Assembly (NCBI GenBank): GCA_032718475.1
Contig: JAUCBJ010007933.1
Span: 1 to 38,586 of the forward strand
Source of the DNA: Nemertoderma westbladi
Lineage: Eukaryota > Animalia > Xenacoelomorpha
Direction of reading: 5' to 3'
DNA length: 38,586 nt
Within the stretch, counting starts at the first letter, position 1, and every line of letters starts with the position of its first letter. Below the pieces are notes generated by a model that was not told where the DNA came from, did not search any database, and saw only the letters and a list, made by a program, of their open reading frames with translations. The position numbers and the translations under genes are program-made. Shown piece by piece: positions 11,741 to 26,018 of the stretch.

Positions 11741-12931
11741 TGTTCGCGCTTTCAGACCTTTGGCAGTTTAACCCGCCAAATTAGGATGTCTTCTAGATAA
11801 TAATTCGCTTTTAGCCTATGACAAGTATTTGATTCACTACACTAGTCGAAACCAATCTGTGCGCGATCATTCACCCGCTGGATATACCCGGGAGATTGGG
11901 TTCGACGGCTTAATCGTATTGCTATGTAAGCCTAATGTATTATTCGACTGACAGTATTATATAATCTCTGACAATATTATTCACCTTCGGGAAATATTAA
12001 CAGTTCCTTTAGGACATGGCGCTCTACCTATATAAACAGAGTTATGACTTAAACTACTCACAACGATATGGCTTAGTTATAATTCACATATATGGCGCAT
12101 TCTTTAGGAAATGCTTCGTTATCAGTCTCACTCATACACAATGCTGCACAATACTGCACACTGATCTGCCGATCTTCACTGATTTTAGTCACATATAAAA
12201 GGAACACGGACCGAATCATGTAGGGTCTATCAAATAACATTAGATTCACTTCAAACCACTTTAACATAAGTCACAATCGTTATATGTAACCTTTCTCTCT
12301 TACCTTCGGTATATCAAGAATATTGGGTTTCGGGGTTATTTATCGTTATTCCAAATATAATAATTCATCAACCATATTATGAAGAACTGACAGTAAATAG
12401 CAGTATAACAATATAAAGTATGCACAGGTTGTTTGATTAGATATGGTATGTTATGTTGTGATAAATGCAGTGATCAGACATCAGATAACGGATATATGTC
12501 CTTATAATTAAGCCTACTAGTGTAAGACTAAAACTGAAAACACGGAGGTGCCAAAAGCCGGTTCTTAGGCTCTGGGCAAAAACATAACACTGAACTACTG
12601 AGTTTCTGTATACACCTCCAACACAGAGACAACAAACGCTCTGATTGGTCAACCTGAACAACGAGAGAACAAAGAAACAAAGAGACGTGGCAATATCAGC
12701 TGCTAGCCGTCGTCATGGTAGCGACACTGTTTTCAAAAGTATCCAGCTATTGCGTCACGAGATTGTGGATTATGTCCTCTAAAGTACAAATACAGTACAA
12801 ATACATAAGAAATGACTTTTATGTCCTCTAAAACACCAGTACAGCAAGGACACGGCCTTTTTATGCCTGGCAAACCAACTACATAGTACTTTAAGGGAAA
12901 ATAACCGGCTAATTACGCAAAAGCTTTTACA
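11741..12931 (-). repeat. 3' LTR (1191 bp)
   Basis: TGTTCGCGC...TTTTACA, near-identical to 26030-27215. Confidence 0.95.
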
Positions 12932-12941
12932 CCGCTCCCAG
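12932..12941 (-). promoter_or_regulatory. Short polypurine-tract-like sequence
   Basis: Minus strand CTGGGAGCGG immediately precedes the 3' LTR. Confidence 0.6.
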
Positions 12942-14929
12942 AAAATGGGATTTAAGTCTATAAAATATAACAAATCACAGTTTCTAAAATATAAATATGC
13001 TTCTCCTCGAGCTGATTTTCCTCCGCTCGTAGCTGGATACGTTCATCCAAAACTCTCGCAGAGAATAGGATCGTCCAAGTTCGATAACTTCTTAGAGATT
13101 CTGGGTTTCCCAATCGAATTGAGATAAGGCCAATTCGTTTATCGATTGGACTTACTGTTATAACTTACGTTTATCTGAACAAACGCAGGTTTCCTTTTTG
13201 ATCTTTATAGAATAGCGTTTAACTCGTTTCGTACAACGCTCTCCTTCACCTTGATGAGGGGTTGTATCGCGTTAAACGGGACGACCATACGGTTGGATAG
13301 TGATATTAGGTGTCCGCGTCACAATCCGGCTAGGTAAGATGGGCGGCTAGCTAGAAATCACTGTCGGAGTGTTACCGATTAATTGTTAGGGTAGCACTAG
13401 ATCTTTGAACAGTGAATACAGTCTGCGAGGATCCGCGACACCACCAGGATCGCAGGTCTGAGGTCCAACTAAGGAATGAGGAGGTTTGACCGAGTATTCC
13501 GGGACTCTGATCGTAGGTTTACTCCAGGATCGTTCGAGCCGAGTGAGCATAGGTGATACGTCAACAAGTTTCGGTTTACGTGGATGTTTATGTCTTTCCG
13601 TTTATTAGTTGGGTCTAGGGCATTTATCGTAATAATACCAAAGACGCACGTCTGGTAGGGTAAACGCGGGTGATATTTATTTGTTGTTACAATGCTTCTA
13701 TCAAGAATTCCAAATATACGTTGGAGTTACCGCGTCCATTTGTTTCTTTAGTGTCTTTTCTTTCGAGTCGATTTCGAATAGAATTTTCGCATTCGAATTT
13801 CAGTTTATGGTTCCGACTCCGCTGGGCAGGATATATAGTCGACATAGTCTGTATTGTGTAAATCGATAGGATGACCAGTAGTTAAGAAGCCCATATACGT
13901 ACCATTACGCCGCGTATATCGAGCAGCGAATTTTCTATAGTCCAACTCGCGCGAGCTGCTCTTGGGACATTGGCGGTTCGATATAACGACCATCGTCCTC
14001 CGCAGCAGTTGGACTAACGTCGCCGCGTATTAAGCTATCAACAAACGCTTGTAAAAGTAGAGTATATCGCTCCCCGATACCAAGACCATCTTCTATCAAC
14101 TCCGTCATATCTGCTATATATGAGTTTATCCATATTATAATGAGTTTATATTTAGGCGAGCGGGCGTCGCTGCCTACCCCAATCAACCCCGGACAGTACG
14201 AGATCCTCAGCGCCGATGTGTCATCGCCGCTGTACTTTCGCCAACGACGTAGCCGCACAACGACAACGACAACCGGCACAAGTCACTCAACTGTCCGTCC
14301 CAAAGGCTTAGATGTACTTCAGGTTTTCCTTGGAGAGTTAGGTTACTTTTACGATTGCGACTAGCTACTGTAAACACACCTTAGCAGTAACATTCACCTA
14401 TAAACTCACAAATACCACACAACTGGTCACAACTACGCACATTCGGGCCATTTGTCCGTTAGTCAATGCCTTCCAGAATGTCACTGTATTATTATGTATC
14501 CTTGGATACTAGTAGTGCGCTATTTATTCCCTATGCTATTCAATGGGACAAGCTTTCTATTGTTCTTTTAACTCAATTCTAATTCTAGCGTGGTTGTTGC
14601 TATGGTGACATTATGCAAAGCTAGCGGTAGAATTAGGGTAATTCCAATGCATACAGATCTGGGATGTTATTTAATAGTATTCTTTAATAGTCAATGTTCT
14701 GTTTTATACATGACTTTATGAATTTTATCGGCTATTGACTATGTTTGGGAGACTTTCACACACTCATACGCATGATAAGATAAATCTCCGCTCCCTTGAT
14801 CTATTAATTAATGGAATTTTGGGAACTTTATAAATTGCGTAAAAATGGCAATTTATTAAATTCATTAAAAGGCATGAATTTAAATTGATTCCCTGAAATT
14901 TTATTATTTGATAATTAAATGGACATATT

Positions 14930-15215
14930 TGGATTCCAGAACATGTCTGGGGACACAAGATCCTTAATTCTATGACAATTGTCTTTTTAAGAATATCGGT
15001 AAATGCTACGATATCTTAATTGACTAGAATTGTTGAAGGATCTGAATTTTACAGATTTTGACTTATTAGATTTGCAAATATTAAATAATTAATATTTGAG
15101 ATGGGCACCGATTTATTCCAGAACTTGTCTGGGGACGTTAACCACTGATTCTAGAATTTGTCTTTCAAGTATATCGGTGGGTGCCGCGATATCTTAATCG
15201 ACTAGAATTACAGAT
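14930..15215. repeat. Diverged ~182-bp-period direct duplication in the BEL 3' region
   Basis: ATTCCAGAAC(A/T)TGTCTGGGGAC...CGATATCTTAAT(T/C)GACTAGAATT at ~14933 and ~15115. Confidence 0.75.
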
Positions 15216-15755
15216 GGTCAAAGGGTTTAACAGATTTATTTTGCGTTATACGCTACTGTTAAAGGGACATCACGCTACTATATGTATTATTTAATATACG
15301 GTATGAGAGCAATATCGCACGAAGCAATGTCAGTGTGAAGAGGCAAGTCGTTTCCAAGGTCTACCCAGAGCTTGGTTTAGCCGAGACACGAGGATCTGAA
15401 CTTTGCATTCCTAATACTCTGCCTACCAATAATACTTAAATATAGTAGTGGCTTTATTGTACTTTAATAAGTACGGACATTTCATCTTACTGTTGTTACG
15501 TATTTATAATATAATACGGACAGTAAGGAAAGAGAAAAAATAATTATTTCTTCGCCGTCGCACTAAATATAATATAAGTAATTACGTACGTAATAAACAC
15601 GAATATATTGCACTATTCTACACAATAATCGCTAAATAATATTCTACTAAATTAAATAAAACGATTATAATAAAATTACATAGTAATACATACATAAATA
15701 TAAAAATAATAAAATAATATAAAATAATAGAGTCACACGCCCACTCCGAACGATA

Positions 15756-18700
15756 TTAAGTTGGGGAGTCCCTAGATGTCGGTTGGATTAGGGAAGTGGT
15801 CGTGGGAAGAGTTTCTTGCCTTCCATAGTTTCCGGAGAGCTCTCTGTCTCTTTCCAGTAAACATAAACGTCCCACCGGGCGATTGAGCTGTTGAGTCTCA
15901 AAGACTATCCCTGGTTTCTTAAAGTTACACCGCATAACGACGAGTTCTACTGATCGCACCAAACCATCGCTCGAGATATGAGTCTCGATGATACGTCCTG
16001 TTTGCCATCGCTTACGTGGGAGATCGGGGTCCACAATAAGCACCATGTCTCCAGCGCTGACGTTTTCTTGCTGCGCAAACCACTTAGTTCGAAGTTGTAG
16101 AGTGGGCAGGTAATGTTTCTCGAAATGGTCAGCGAAACGACGGGATAGCAACTGCATAAGTTGCCAGGTTCGACGGCAGTACTCGTCTCCGTCTGTGATC
16201 TCCGATCGTGGGAGCATGGCTACGGGTTTCTTCAGTAGAAAGTGCGCGGGTGTTAGCGCTTCCAGGGAATCCGGATTTGAAGAGACTGGCATAAGCGGTC
16301 TTCGTTGAGATAGGCGGCGATTTCCTCCATTAACGTCCGCAATAGTTCGTCGGTGAGATAAGCGCGACAAGGCACAATAAAGTGGAACGCAGTCTTCACG
16401 CTCCTAATCAATCTCTCCCAACTTCCTCCCCACCAAGGGGCGTCGGCGGCGTTGAAGGTCCAGCTAGACGCTGTTATCCTTAGCTGATCGTCCACCTGTC
16501 TTTTGTTCCAGTCCTTTACGTAAGCTTGAATTTCGTTGTTGGCGCCAATGAAGTTCGTTCCCTTATCCGATCTCATCGTGTTACTGGTTCCGAAGCGAGC
16601 GATCTGTCGTCGTAAACTCAACACGAAGCTGTTGGTGGATAGATCGTTTACCATATCGAGATGGATAGCTCTACAAGTCATACAAACGAAGATGACACAC
16701 CATCTCTTGACTATAGTCCGGGCACGATATACTTCAATAGGGCCAAATAAATCCACACCGGTATTAGTAAAGGGTGGTTCATAGAAGCTTACTCTTTCCC
16801 TAGGTAATTCTGCCTCTCGCTGTGTCAAAGGCCTACTGAATGCTTTCCTACAGGGTATACAGTTCCTAAGAACTTGGTTCAGAGCCCTACGGGGTTTATA
16901 AAAATAGTAGCGAGTTCGAATTTCGCTCAGAACTCATTCTCTACCAGCATGGTACAGTTTGCTATGAACATCTACAATTATCTTGATTTGTATGTCAAGA
17001 TTTCTAATGAGTATGGGAAACTTAGTGTCAAAGGATAAGGGGGCGTTGGTGAGCCTGCCTCCAACACGTATTAACCCATCTATCATGGTACTAGAGAAGC
17101 GATCGCTTAAGCGCATCTGCGGATTTCTTAACAACAGGAAATACTTATCGGGATCCTCATAGCATTGTAGGAGTCTCAGCATCTGTTTGTTGGTTTCATC
17201 ATGCTCCTGGTAACTGATCTTCTCCTTTAGAAACCTGTCGGATATCTTGTATTGGGGAAGGTCTTTAACAACATGGACTCGTGCAGATGTTGATGGAGCA
17301 TCATCACTATTGGGCTTTGTCCCGGAGTAACGATGATGAAAACATCGTTTCAGATAGGTGACAGCTTTACAGAGCCGATTCCAGGAACTGTAGTGACGTA
17401 TCGCTCTCTGCAAGAGAGGTGAGAGTCCTTGCGAAATATCTGGTATTCCAGATTTCCAATCCTTGTCACGGATTTCCATGACTTCTTTAGTCGTGGCGGT
17501 GGGTTTCTGATCCAAAGCATCCTCTCCGGAAGTAAATAATACAGATAGATCAACCGCAGGTTTAAACAACTTCGATTTACTCGCTCGAGTTTTGGGTTTA
17601 ACTTTCTCCGCTCCCTTGGCCTGTCTGATCTCTGCTGTTGTGAGATGGGGAGGCCATTCTTCTTCTTCTCTGTAGAGAAAGTCAGGTCCTCCTAACCATT
17701 CGGGAGTATTTACCAATTCCTTTGGAGTAGCTCCTCGGGAAGCGATGTCTGCTGGATTAATCGTTCCGGGGCAATGTCTCCATTGGTCCATCGTCGTGCG
17801 ACTAAGTATGATGGCTACTCTGTTGGTAACGAAGACGCTGAACTGACAGACTTCATTGGTTATATACTCTAACACGAGTAAAGCGTCGGTCCAATAGACA
17901 GTTTTCTCTAATGGATAGTCAATCTGTTCTGTTACATTCCGGCCGATGGCTGTAGCGTATAGAGCCGCTTTTAACTCCGCTCGAGGAACTTTCAACTTGT
18001 TGTTGATTAATGCCTTAGAAGTAACCAGGGCGACCTTGATTCCATCCGGAGTTTCTACCCTTAGGTAGGCTACTATACCTATTCCCATATCGCTGGCGTC
18101 TCCAAACACATGGAGTTGATAGGAATACGTAGGGAGAACATGACCAAAATATGAACAGGAAATTATAAAATCCTCGATAGCTGGCAGAGAATCTTCCCAT
18201 TTCATCCACTTCTTCAATAATTCTCCCTTAAGTGGATCGTCCCATGAGTGGTTTTCAAGCCACATTTGTTGTACCAAACTACGAGCAATCAATATAACTG
18301 GGCTAATAAATCCCAATGGATCGAAATAAGTGCTCAGTATACTTAAGCAAATCCGTTTGGTTCGAACTAGATTATCTCGCTGTTTTAGCTGGAAAAACAG
18401 GATATCTCGCTCTGTGTCCCATTTCAAGCCGAGTGTCTTGGTTTCTGGCAGATCATCTTTGATCAAATCGAGATCTTTCGCTCCTCGATCCTCCGCAGGG
18501 ATCGACTCCAGAAACTCACGGGAGTTGCTGGTGAATTTCGTTAATCGAAACCCACCTCTTTTTAAGCACTCTACCGTTCCTTTAGCGACCTCAATGGCTT
18601 CCTCAACTGATGGAAGGGACTTCAGATTGTCGTCCATATATATGTCTCTCTTGATGTTGTCGATCACTTCCTTAGAGAATGCCTCTCGGTTGTCCTCTGC

Positions 18701-21700
18701 AGTGGTACGCACTACCGAACAGGCGTTGGAAGGGCTTGAGATTATCCCGAAGGCCTGGATGGTCATCCAGTACTCCACCGGTTTCTGGTTGAGATCTCCT
18801 TCGGGCCACCACAGAAATTGTAGACTATCTCGATCCCTATCTAGCACCTTGACTTGTAAGAACATGCCTTCTATATCGGAGGCGAAAGCAATCGAATATT
18901 GTCTCAATCTTAAAAGAATTCCCAACAAAGATTGAAGCAAGTTGGGTCCGGGTAACAATTCAGAGTTAAGGGATTGACCCATGTAAAGAGCTGAGCCATC
19001 AAACACTACTCTCACTTCGTGTGGCTTACCGGGTTTAGGAACGTAATGGTGAGTTAAGTAATACGTTCTTTCAGTCACAGGTGTTTCTTCCGGTACTCTC
19101 TCCGCGTATCCCTTACTAATAAATTTTTCCAGCTGTGTTTGATACATTGCTTTAGCTGAAGAATTAGCCGTAAGGCGTCGATGGAGTTGCGCGATTCTTT
19201 TTTCCGCCAAAGGTCTGTTATTGATGAACTTCGGTTCTCTCTTGCGAAAAGGTAAACCGACTTCGTACCTTCCTTGATCTTTGAGGAAACGTGTAGTTGT
19301 CTCTTGGATCTGCTTGGCCCTTTCCTCTTCCACCGACAAGGCTTTATCGTAGGAATTGGGCTCTACCGCCTCTTGCGTAAAGAATCGTACTGCATGTTCA
19401 ACTCGAGTCTTGGCATTGCAACGCTCAATGATGTCATTTAACTCGTCGTTGTAAGCTTCTCGTTCAGATGGATAGAGAAGTTGACATAAGTTCACTTGGT
19501 TTTGCCAAGCCTCGTTTTCCTTAAGGAGATCGATGGTATTCTCCTCATCAAAAAGCTGGTGAACGTCGTCGTTATCTGAGGAGTATGGAATTCCCTCAGT
19601 TGAATCGTCTCCCTCACTAGCATCATCTTCCCATTCACTCACCTGGCAGACTCTCTCTTGCGGTAGTCTTTCTCTGAGTGTTCTACGGGAAGGGCCAGTA
19701 AAGTACCAACCTACTCTAGTTCTTAACGCATAGGTCTGTAGGGGCTGCGGTTGAGCAGGCCGTTTCTCTAATGTCTCCAGCGCCTCATGCGCGTTTTGGC
19801 CGATGAGTATTTGCACTCCAGGATAATCAGTCTGGAATCGAGGTATGTTAAGATGTTGGATGCTCTCATCCTCGTCCCAATTATAAAGGTCTGCTTGAGT
19901 AGTAGCGAAGTTCTTTATAGCCACCATTTTCACTGACCTTATGCTATGTTCTCCTAGTTCGTCCTGGGGGGTGGACAACGCTCCTACATAATAATCCGCT
20001 GTGATTGTAGATTTCCAAACTTGCATAATGCCGGACATGTTGAGCTTAGTTTGGAACTTGGGTTGTCCAGCAAATATATCTTCGGCTAGCTCTTTGTTGA
20101 TGAATGTTCCTGTGCTGCCGGAGTCCAGGAGGGCGTTCACTACATAACTCCGTTTAGGTCCGTGAACCCTTACCTGCACCACAGGAAACTCTCGGATCCC
20201 TACATTGGAAGATGGCTCTTTCCAAGATGGTTGTCGTTCAGAAGTAGTTAGAGTGAAGTCGTTGTCTGTATCCTTTTCATAGGTGAGTGCTCGATACACT
20301 GCGGTATTTATCATGTAACAGGATTCGTTTTCGTCGGAGAACTCGTCTGTATAGAATCCTTCCATCTCAGATTGATCAGTGTCGTTCACATCACTGAATT
20401 GGACATGTAGCTCGGAATCACTTACCTGATTCGGACTATTTCGATCGAATTCAGCGTGCAACAAGATATGATGTTTCGCACCACACTTTGCACACCTTAT
20501 GTCAGAGAAACAGGTACGCCGTTGGTGTCCTTGTCTGAGGCAATTATAACATAACCGCTTATCCCACATGACTTCGCGTCTCTCCGTTAATGACTTCTTC
20601 AGGAATTCATCACACATATTCAAACGGTGGGTCCCGTCACACAGCGCACATTTCGGTTTGATGTTACTTACCTTATTTTGAGTCACATTGTGTACACTTG
20701 CCCTTTCTTCGGGCTTTCTCACCGGAATTCTCTTGGGAGACGTGGGAGGAGTTTTTCTTACCTGTTCTCTCCTGTCATTTGCTCGAGACTTGAATTTACT
20801 TACCTGATCTTTAGGCATTTTATTGACATAATAAGATCTATCAGTGTCTTTCCCGCTATCTTCTCCTTGAGAAGTCTGGCTTTCGCCGTCGTCTGTATAA
20901 CACACTGGTGTTACCTTTCTCCTAGAGACGGGTTTTTCACTTACCTTGTTTTCCGGTGTCTTCTCTCGGGACTGCTTGAGGAGTTGCAATTTCACTTCTC
21001 CATCCAAGAATGACATGAGATCAGCCATGGTAGGGTCTCGTCGTTGTTGTTCCATCATATATAGTACTTTCTTATCCCAGCGTGTGCCTACCCCACCTTT
21101 CGGTAAAGTAGAAGCCACAGCTCCAATGACCATAGAACTTTGGTATTCATGAGACTTACCTAACCAATCTAATTGTCTACAGATCTCTTGAATCTCATCG
21201 GAAAACTCTATTATCCCACTGCTGATGAACTTTCTGGGCGCTACTAATTTTGCATATAAATACTTAGCGATATTATTCCTATTACCATACCTGATGTTTA
21301 GTGTGTCCCAAACTTGTCTTAATCCGTCTGGATGTCCAATAAACTTTAACGCCATTAACTTGGGAGATCCTTCCAAGCACTCGATGAGGTATCTAAGTTT
21401 TTCTCCATTAGATAGTACAGAGTTCTGTATGTTATCTTTGTAATATTCATTAAAAGGTAACCATTTCATCTCATCTCCATTGAATTTGACTACCTCTCCC
21501 ACCTTCACCGCTTGACGGGCTTCGGTTCTAGCCATTTGACGCGTAAAACTTTCTTGGGCCATCGTGTTATTTAATATCGAGTTATCGGTATATAAATTTC
21601 TCGGATTATGATCAGGTCTATAGGGAATGTCATTATCAACAGGTCTATAATTACCCTTAATAGGGTTCACTATAGGAGTTTCTACTTCGCTAGCAGTATA

Positions 21701-23860
21701 GATGCGTGTAGGCTCCACACCTTGCGCATGAGATATTTCAGACCTAACAGGTTGACACATTGTTACAGGGGGTGGTGGTATACCCTTTTGTAAATTTACT
21801 AATTTATCGCGTTCTAGCGCGATATTTTGCTGCACTTCTTGCAACTCTAGCCTACTTTCCCTTACTGTGCCCTTTAACTGTTGAACAGTCCCTTCTAACT
21901 CTCGGACCTGTTGAGAGGAGCGTGCTTGATTCTCCTCCATCTTTCCGAGGAGAATGTCCATCCCCCGCCGTCTCTCGTCCACCCAATCAACCGCCGAAAC
22001 GGGATCCGCCAACGTCGTAGCGGGCAGACGAGGGACAACTGGCGACAAATCAGTAATATTTCGCTCGGGGTCCAGGACCTGAACTGTCTTCTGGGCAGTT
22101 CTACTGGGCACAGGTAGCTTAGTGCTATGCAGAGGGAATGTAGAGGTAGCTTCAGGGAGCACAGGTGTGTCTATCACCGAAGGGGTGATTTCAAAAACAG
22201 GCCTAATTATTTCAGGCTCATCTACTATAGTAGGGAGTCTTTCTATTTTAATTATTTGGTCTGTGGGTTCTGTACTGCCTAAGTTGGTGTTATTTAGTTG
22301 CCTTCTAACAGCTGGAGGCAAATCAGGCAATTTCTGACGGTGGAATGTTCTTTTACGTCTGCTTAGACGAGATCTATTTCCTTTGCCTTCAGTATCGGTG
22401 GTATCGCCTTCTTCAGATGATGTATATCCCTGTCTTTTGGGAGTAGATCGATTCATCATCTGCATATTACTAGCTGTTAACTGTTTACTGAAGTCGTCTT
22501 GCTTCTCTTGAAGATTTTCCAACTCCAGTTGGGTGATCTCTTCAGCCGCTCTCCGTTCTGCTTCCGCCACCGCTGCCGCTTTTGCCTCTGCCGCTGCCGC
22601 TTTTGCCTCTGCTGCTGCCGCTTTTGCCTCTGCCGCTGCTTCTGCCAAGGTCGCCTTTCTTTCTGCCTCTGCCACTGCTGCTATCTTTCTGTCTTCTATA
22701 CGTTTTTTCCTTACTTGTTCTTCCTTTTCTCTAGCGATGCGGAGTTGTTCATCGAATTTAGCTCGGTTCGCCGCTAACCTATCTACATCTATTGCATCCA
22801 ACACACGCTGGGCTCCTTCACTATTAGGGCTAAGTCCATCTAGCCTTCTCCTCAACTCTTCATCTCCCAAAAAACGCTGATAGTCTGACAGATAGATGTC
22901 AATGGCATCCTTCTTATGCGGTTTCTCTGCCGTCGCTTCACTTTCCACTTGGGAAAAAGTAGCGTCCGTTGATTCTCCATGGGTTGAGCGCTCCTCCAGC
23001 TGAGCTTTCCACTGAGCTGCTCCTTGAACCTGGCGACTCACCCGTTGAAACCAAGTCTTTACGGCAACTTGCAACGACGTGTCTTGTCTTCGTTTAGAAG
23101 CCTCCTCAAAGGCCGATAATATTAACCTGATTCGTAGAATTCTTGCTCTTACTTGATAAAGCAGCTGTCCCTGCTCTTGAGGTCCTTGAGGTTGTTGTAA
23201 CAGTTGTTTTTCTACTCGCTCCATAGAGCTGAAGAATCCCTGTGCGTATCCGGCTGTGGACCTCTTCCACACAGCTGGATCTATGGTTTCCTCGGCTACT
23301 CCCATCCGGTGTATGTCTTCCCAGGCAGCTTCGGATAAATCAAACGGGAGTCCGGGTCCGGGAAAGTTCCATTGCGACTCGACCATGGACTTCAGTTCTT
23401 CCCTTGTGTATCCAGCATAACTATCTCTAGTTGAACGCTGGCTTCTCGCCCAATCGATCTGGTGTTCTTCCACAGCGATCAATAATCTAGTGAGTACGGC
23501 TGCAGGAAGGATGAGAAGGGGATCTGAATAAGCCTCATCCGTCATCCTTGCTCCGCGTTCGGGTGTCAGTTCTACCGTATCTTCACTACTGGAGCTGTCG
23601 GGCCGCTGAGAAATAAGTTCTTGGCTCGCGGGTAGTTGCTGTTCCGCTGCTTCTTGGTTCCGCTTGACCTGAGCTCGAGTGCCTATGACAGACCTACGAT
23701 ATTGGACCAGCCTAGGTTCTTTTATTACTACTGGAGGGATGACCTTCCTCACAGTGGGAGGTGAACTGAACTTACGACCAGACGGTTCTACGTCTCTATC
23801 TGAGTCGCAGATAGTTACATCTAATAAACTGTCTGACAGGTTCTGCTTAGTATCAGACAT
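15756..23860 (-). pseudogene. BEL/Pao gag-pol polyprotein; premature stop at 16934-16936 and frameshift at ~16300, both in integrase
   Basis: Knuckles CALCDGTHRLNMC, CYNCLRQGHQRRTC and CAKCGAKHHILLH; protease LLDSGS; RT YMDD; RNase H FGDAS; integrase GVDLFGP, SDKGTNF, WERLI, LTPAHFL. The 2308-aa ORF and 16253-16828 are in the same frame. Confidence 0.93.
22550..22680 (-). repeat. 21-bp coding tandem repeat (AEAKAAA)n in the Gag N-terminal extension
   Basis: GC(C/T)GCTTTTGCCTCTGC units; the protein reads AEAAAEAKAAAAEAKAAAAEAKAAAVAEAE. Confidence 0.85.
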
Positions 23861-25177
23861 GTCTATGTATACCGTTGAATGTCTACTGCTGTATTACAGT
23901 CTGAGCAAGTCTAGTAACTCAGTATTAACTGCTAGCCTAGTAATTAATTACCGATACTGCTACTCAGTGTAGTAGTATATATATATAATATATTAGAACA
24001 CCGGTATGCTTATGGTATATATAACTATATAAGTATTATTACAGACTAGGTTTATCTCAGAATACCGGTATAATTTTAGCACAAATATATATAAATATAT
24101 AATAGGCCTATCGGGAATACCGATATACAGCTTACAGTTTGTAGTATATATAATTCTGGAATAGAATTAATTACAAGTACCGGTATAATTTCAGCCTAGA
24201 TTTATAGAAATAAAGATAATAGGCCTATCGTAAATACCGGTATATCAATTATTTTAAATAATTGAATTTCTGAATTTTTAGGGTTACTTGGTTACTTTAC
24301 TTACTTTATTACCGCTATTTGAGCAGTAGACCAACTGATATGGAGACCTAATGGTTGTATGGTAGGCCTACTATTTATAAATCTTTTGAGTTGATTTATA
24401 ATATATATATACCCTTTAATGGGTTTTGTCAATGTTTGAAATAAATGTTATTATTTCTGGGGAGCAATCACTACACAAAGCGGTGCGCTTTCAGTGATGT
24501 GTTACTTATAGGACACTAAAACAAATAATTCTAATTTACCTAAGTTACTTAATACTACAAATTACGTACAATTCGGGTGAGATTACAATCTCTAAATAAA
24601 CACAAAAATTTACAAAAAACACAAAATACGAATTTTTAGGGTAATTTTACAAGAAGTCTACAAACCAGCCTAACAAAGGGTTAGAAATCTGGTTATTACA
24701 ACGGACAGGGTTCTACGGTATTTGAAAATAATACGTAGTAGTAAGTACACTGCGTTGTCCAGATAGGAAAATACCACCGCCTGACGACCTATAGCCGTAT
24801 CGCTATAGGTTCTACGTTATGTATTACGGAGTGTTCCTACCTAGAAGTTAATAGAGCTAATCGAACGTGCCTATCAACCACTTTACAACACAAATATAAT
24901 GCCTACACTAATTACTCTCGGAAAGCACTGTACACTAAACCCTAAATTAGGTACGAGTACTTGTACAACAGATAATCAGTAGTTAAATATACTTGAACAG
25001 CTAAAAGAACCATGGCATCTGCTGGAGTGACCGATGCACAAAATCACCAGTCTTTACCTACGCCAAGCAGCCCGTGTAGTACCGGGGTTAATTTAACTAT
25101 AGCGGTATGTATAACAAACACAATTACTGTAGGAACAAACTTGGGGAATGAATGTTGCGAATAATCGCATAAACTCT

Positions 25178-25755
25178 GAATAATAAATATTACGCTACAC
25201 GTACAAACTACTCAAACAAAATGCAGACCGAACACTGACAGACTACTATCAAGCCTAAACAAACTACAGGACATGCAGACTCCGAAATAATTAGGTAGTA
25301 TGCGTTCTAACCCAGTAGTACGACTTATTCTTTAATTGGGGGTTTACCTTACAGCATTCGCTGCCCCTACTTCCTAACCGTTCTTTATCGGACAAGTGAT
25401 CTACACACGCTGCAATCCGTTCAGACCTAATAACAGCCAGACAACTATCCAGCCTACAAATTATCTAAATAAATATTATACGCTACCCGTACAGACTTAC
25501 ACAAACAAAGTACAGACTCAACGATGGCAGACTACTCTCAAGCCTAAATAAACTACAGGACATGCAGACTCCGAAATAATTAGGTAGTATGCGTTCTAAC
25601 CCAGTAGTACGACTTATTCTTTAATTGGGGGTTTACCTTACAGCATTCGCTGCCCCTACTTCCTAACCGTTCTTTATCGGACAGATGATCTACACACACT
25701 GCAATCCGTTCAGACTTAACAACAATCAGACAACAGCTCAGCCTACAAATTGTCT
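25178..25755. repeat. 289-bp tandem duplication in the BEL 5' leader
   Basis: GGACATGCAGACTCCG...TCTTTATCGGACA is identical at 25269 and 25558, with more diverged flanks. Confidence 0.9.
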
Positions 25756-26018
25756 GTACAATCAGATCAGGCTTACACGTCTTCTGTTCAATACTGGCCT
25801 ACAAACAAATAAAACTTGACAGAAATAAGTAAAAATCTCAATAAAAAACCAGGGCTGCAGTCCCTGATTAATTATTAAGGCCTACCGGTATATAATTATC
25901 AAAATCGAATAATACTGCTGTACCTGTACTGCTGTAGGTACCGGTCCGGGTGGTTAGGTAGTCAGGCCTACTGGGTACCGGTTGCTTCAGCTTTATTGCC
26001 TACTGCAATACAGAAGCA

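Noticed and set aside
12016-12661. Duplicated short ORFs (also at 26305-26980)
   Set aside because: They are repeated only because they lie in the LTRs.
17350-23972. Antisense and alternative-frame ORFs over the BEL gag-pol (similarly over the LINE and CRE ORFs)
   Set aside because: Shadow ORFs of long or GC-rich coding sequence.
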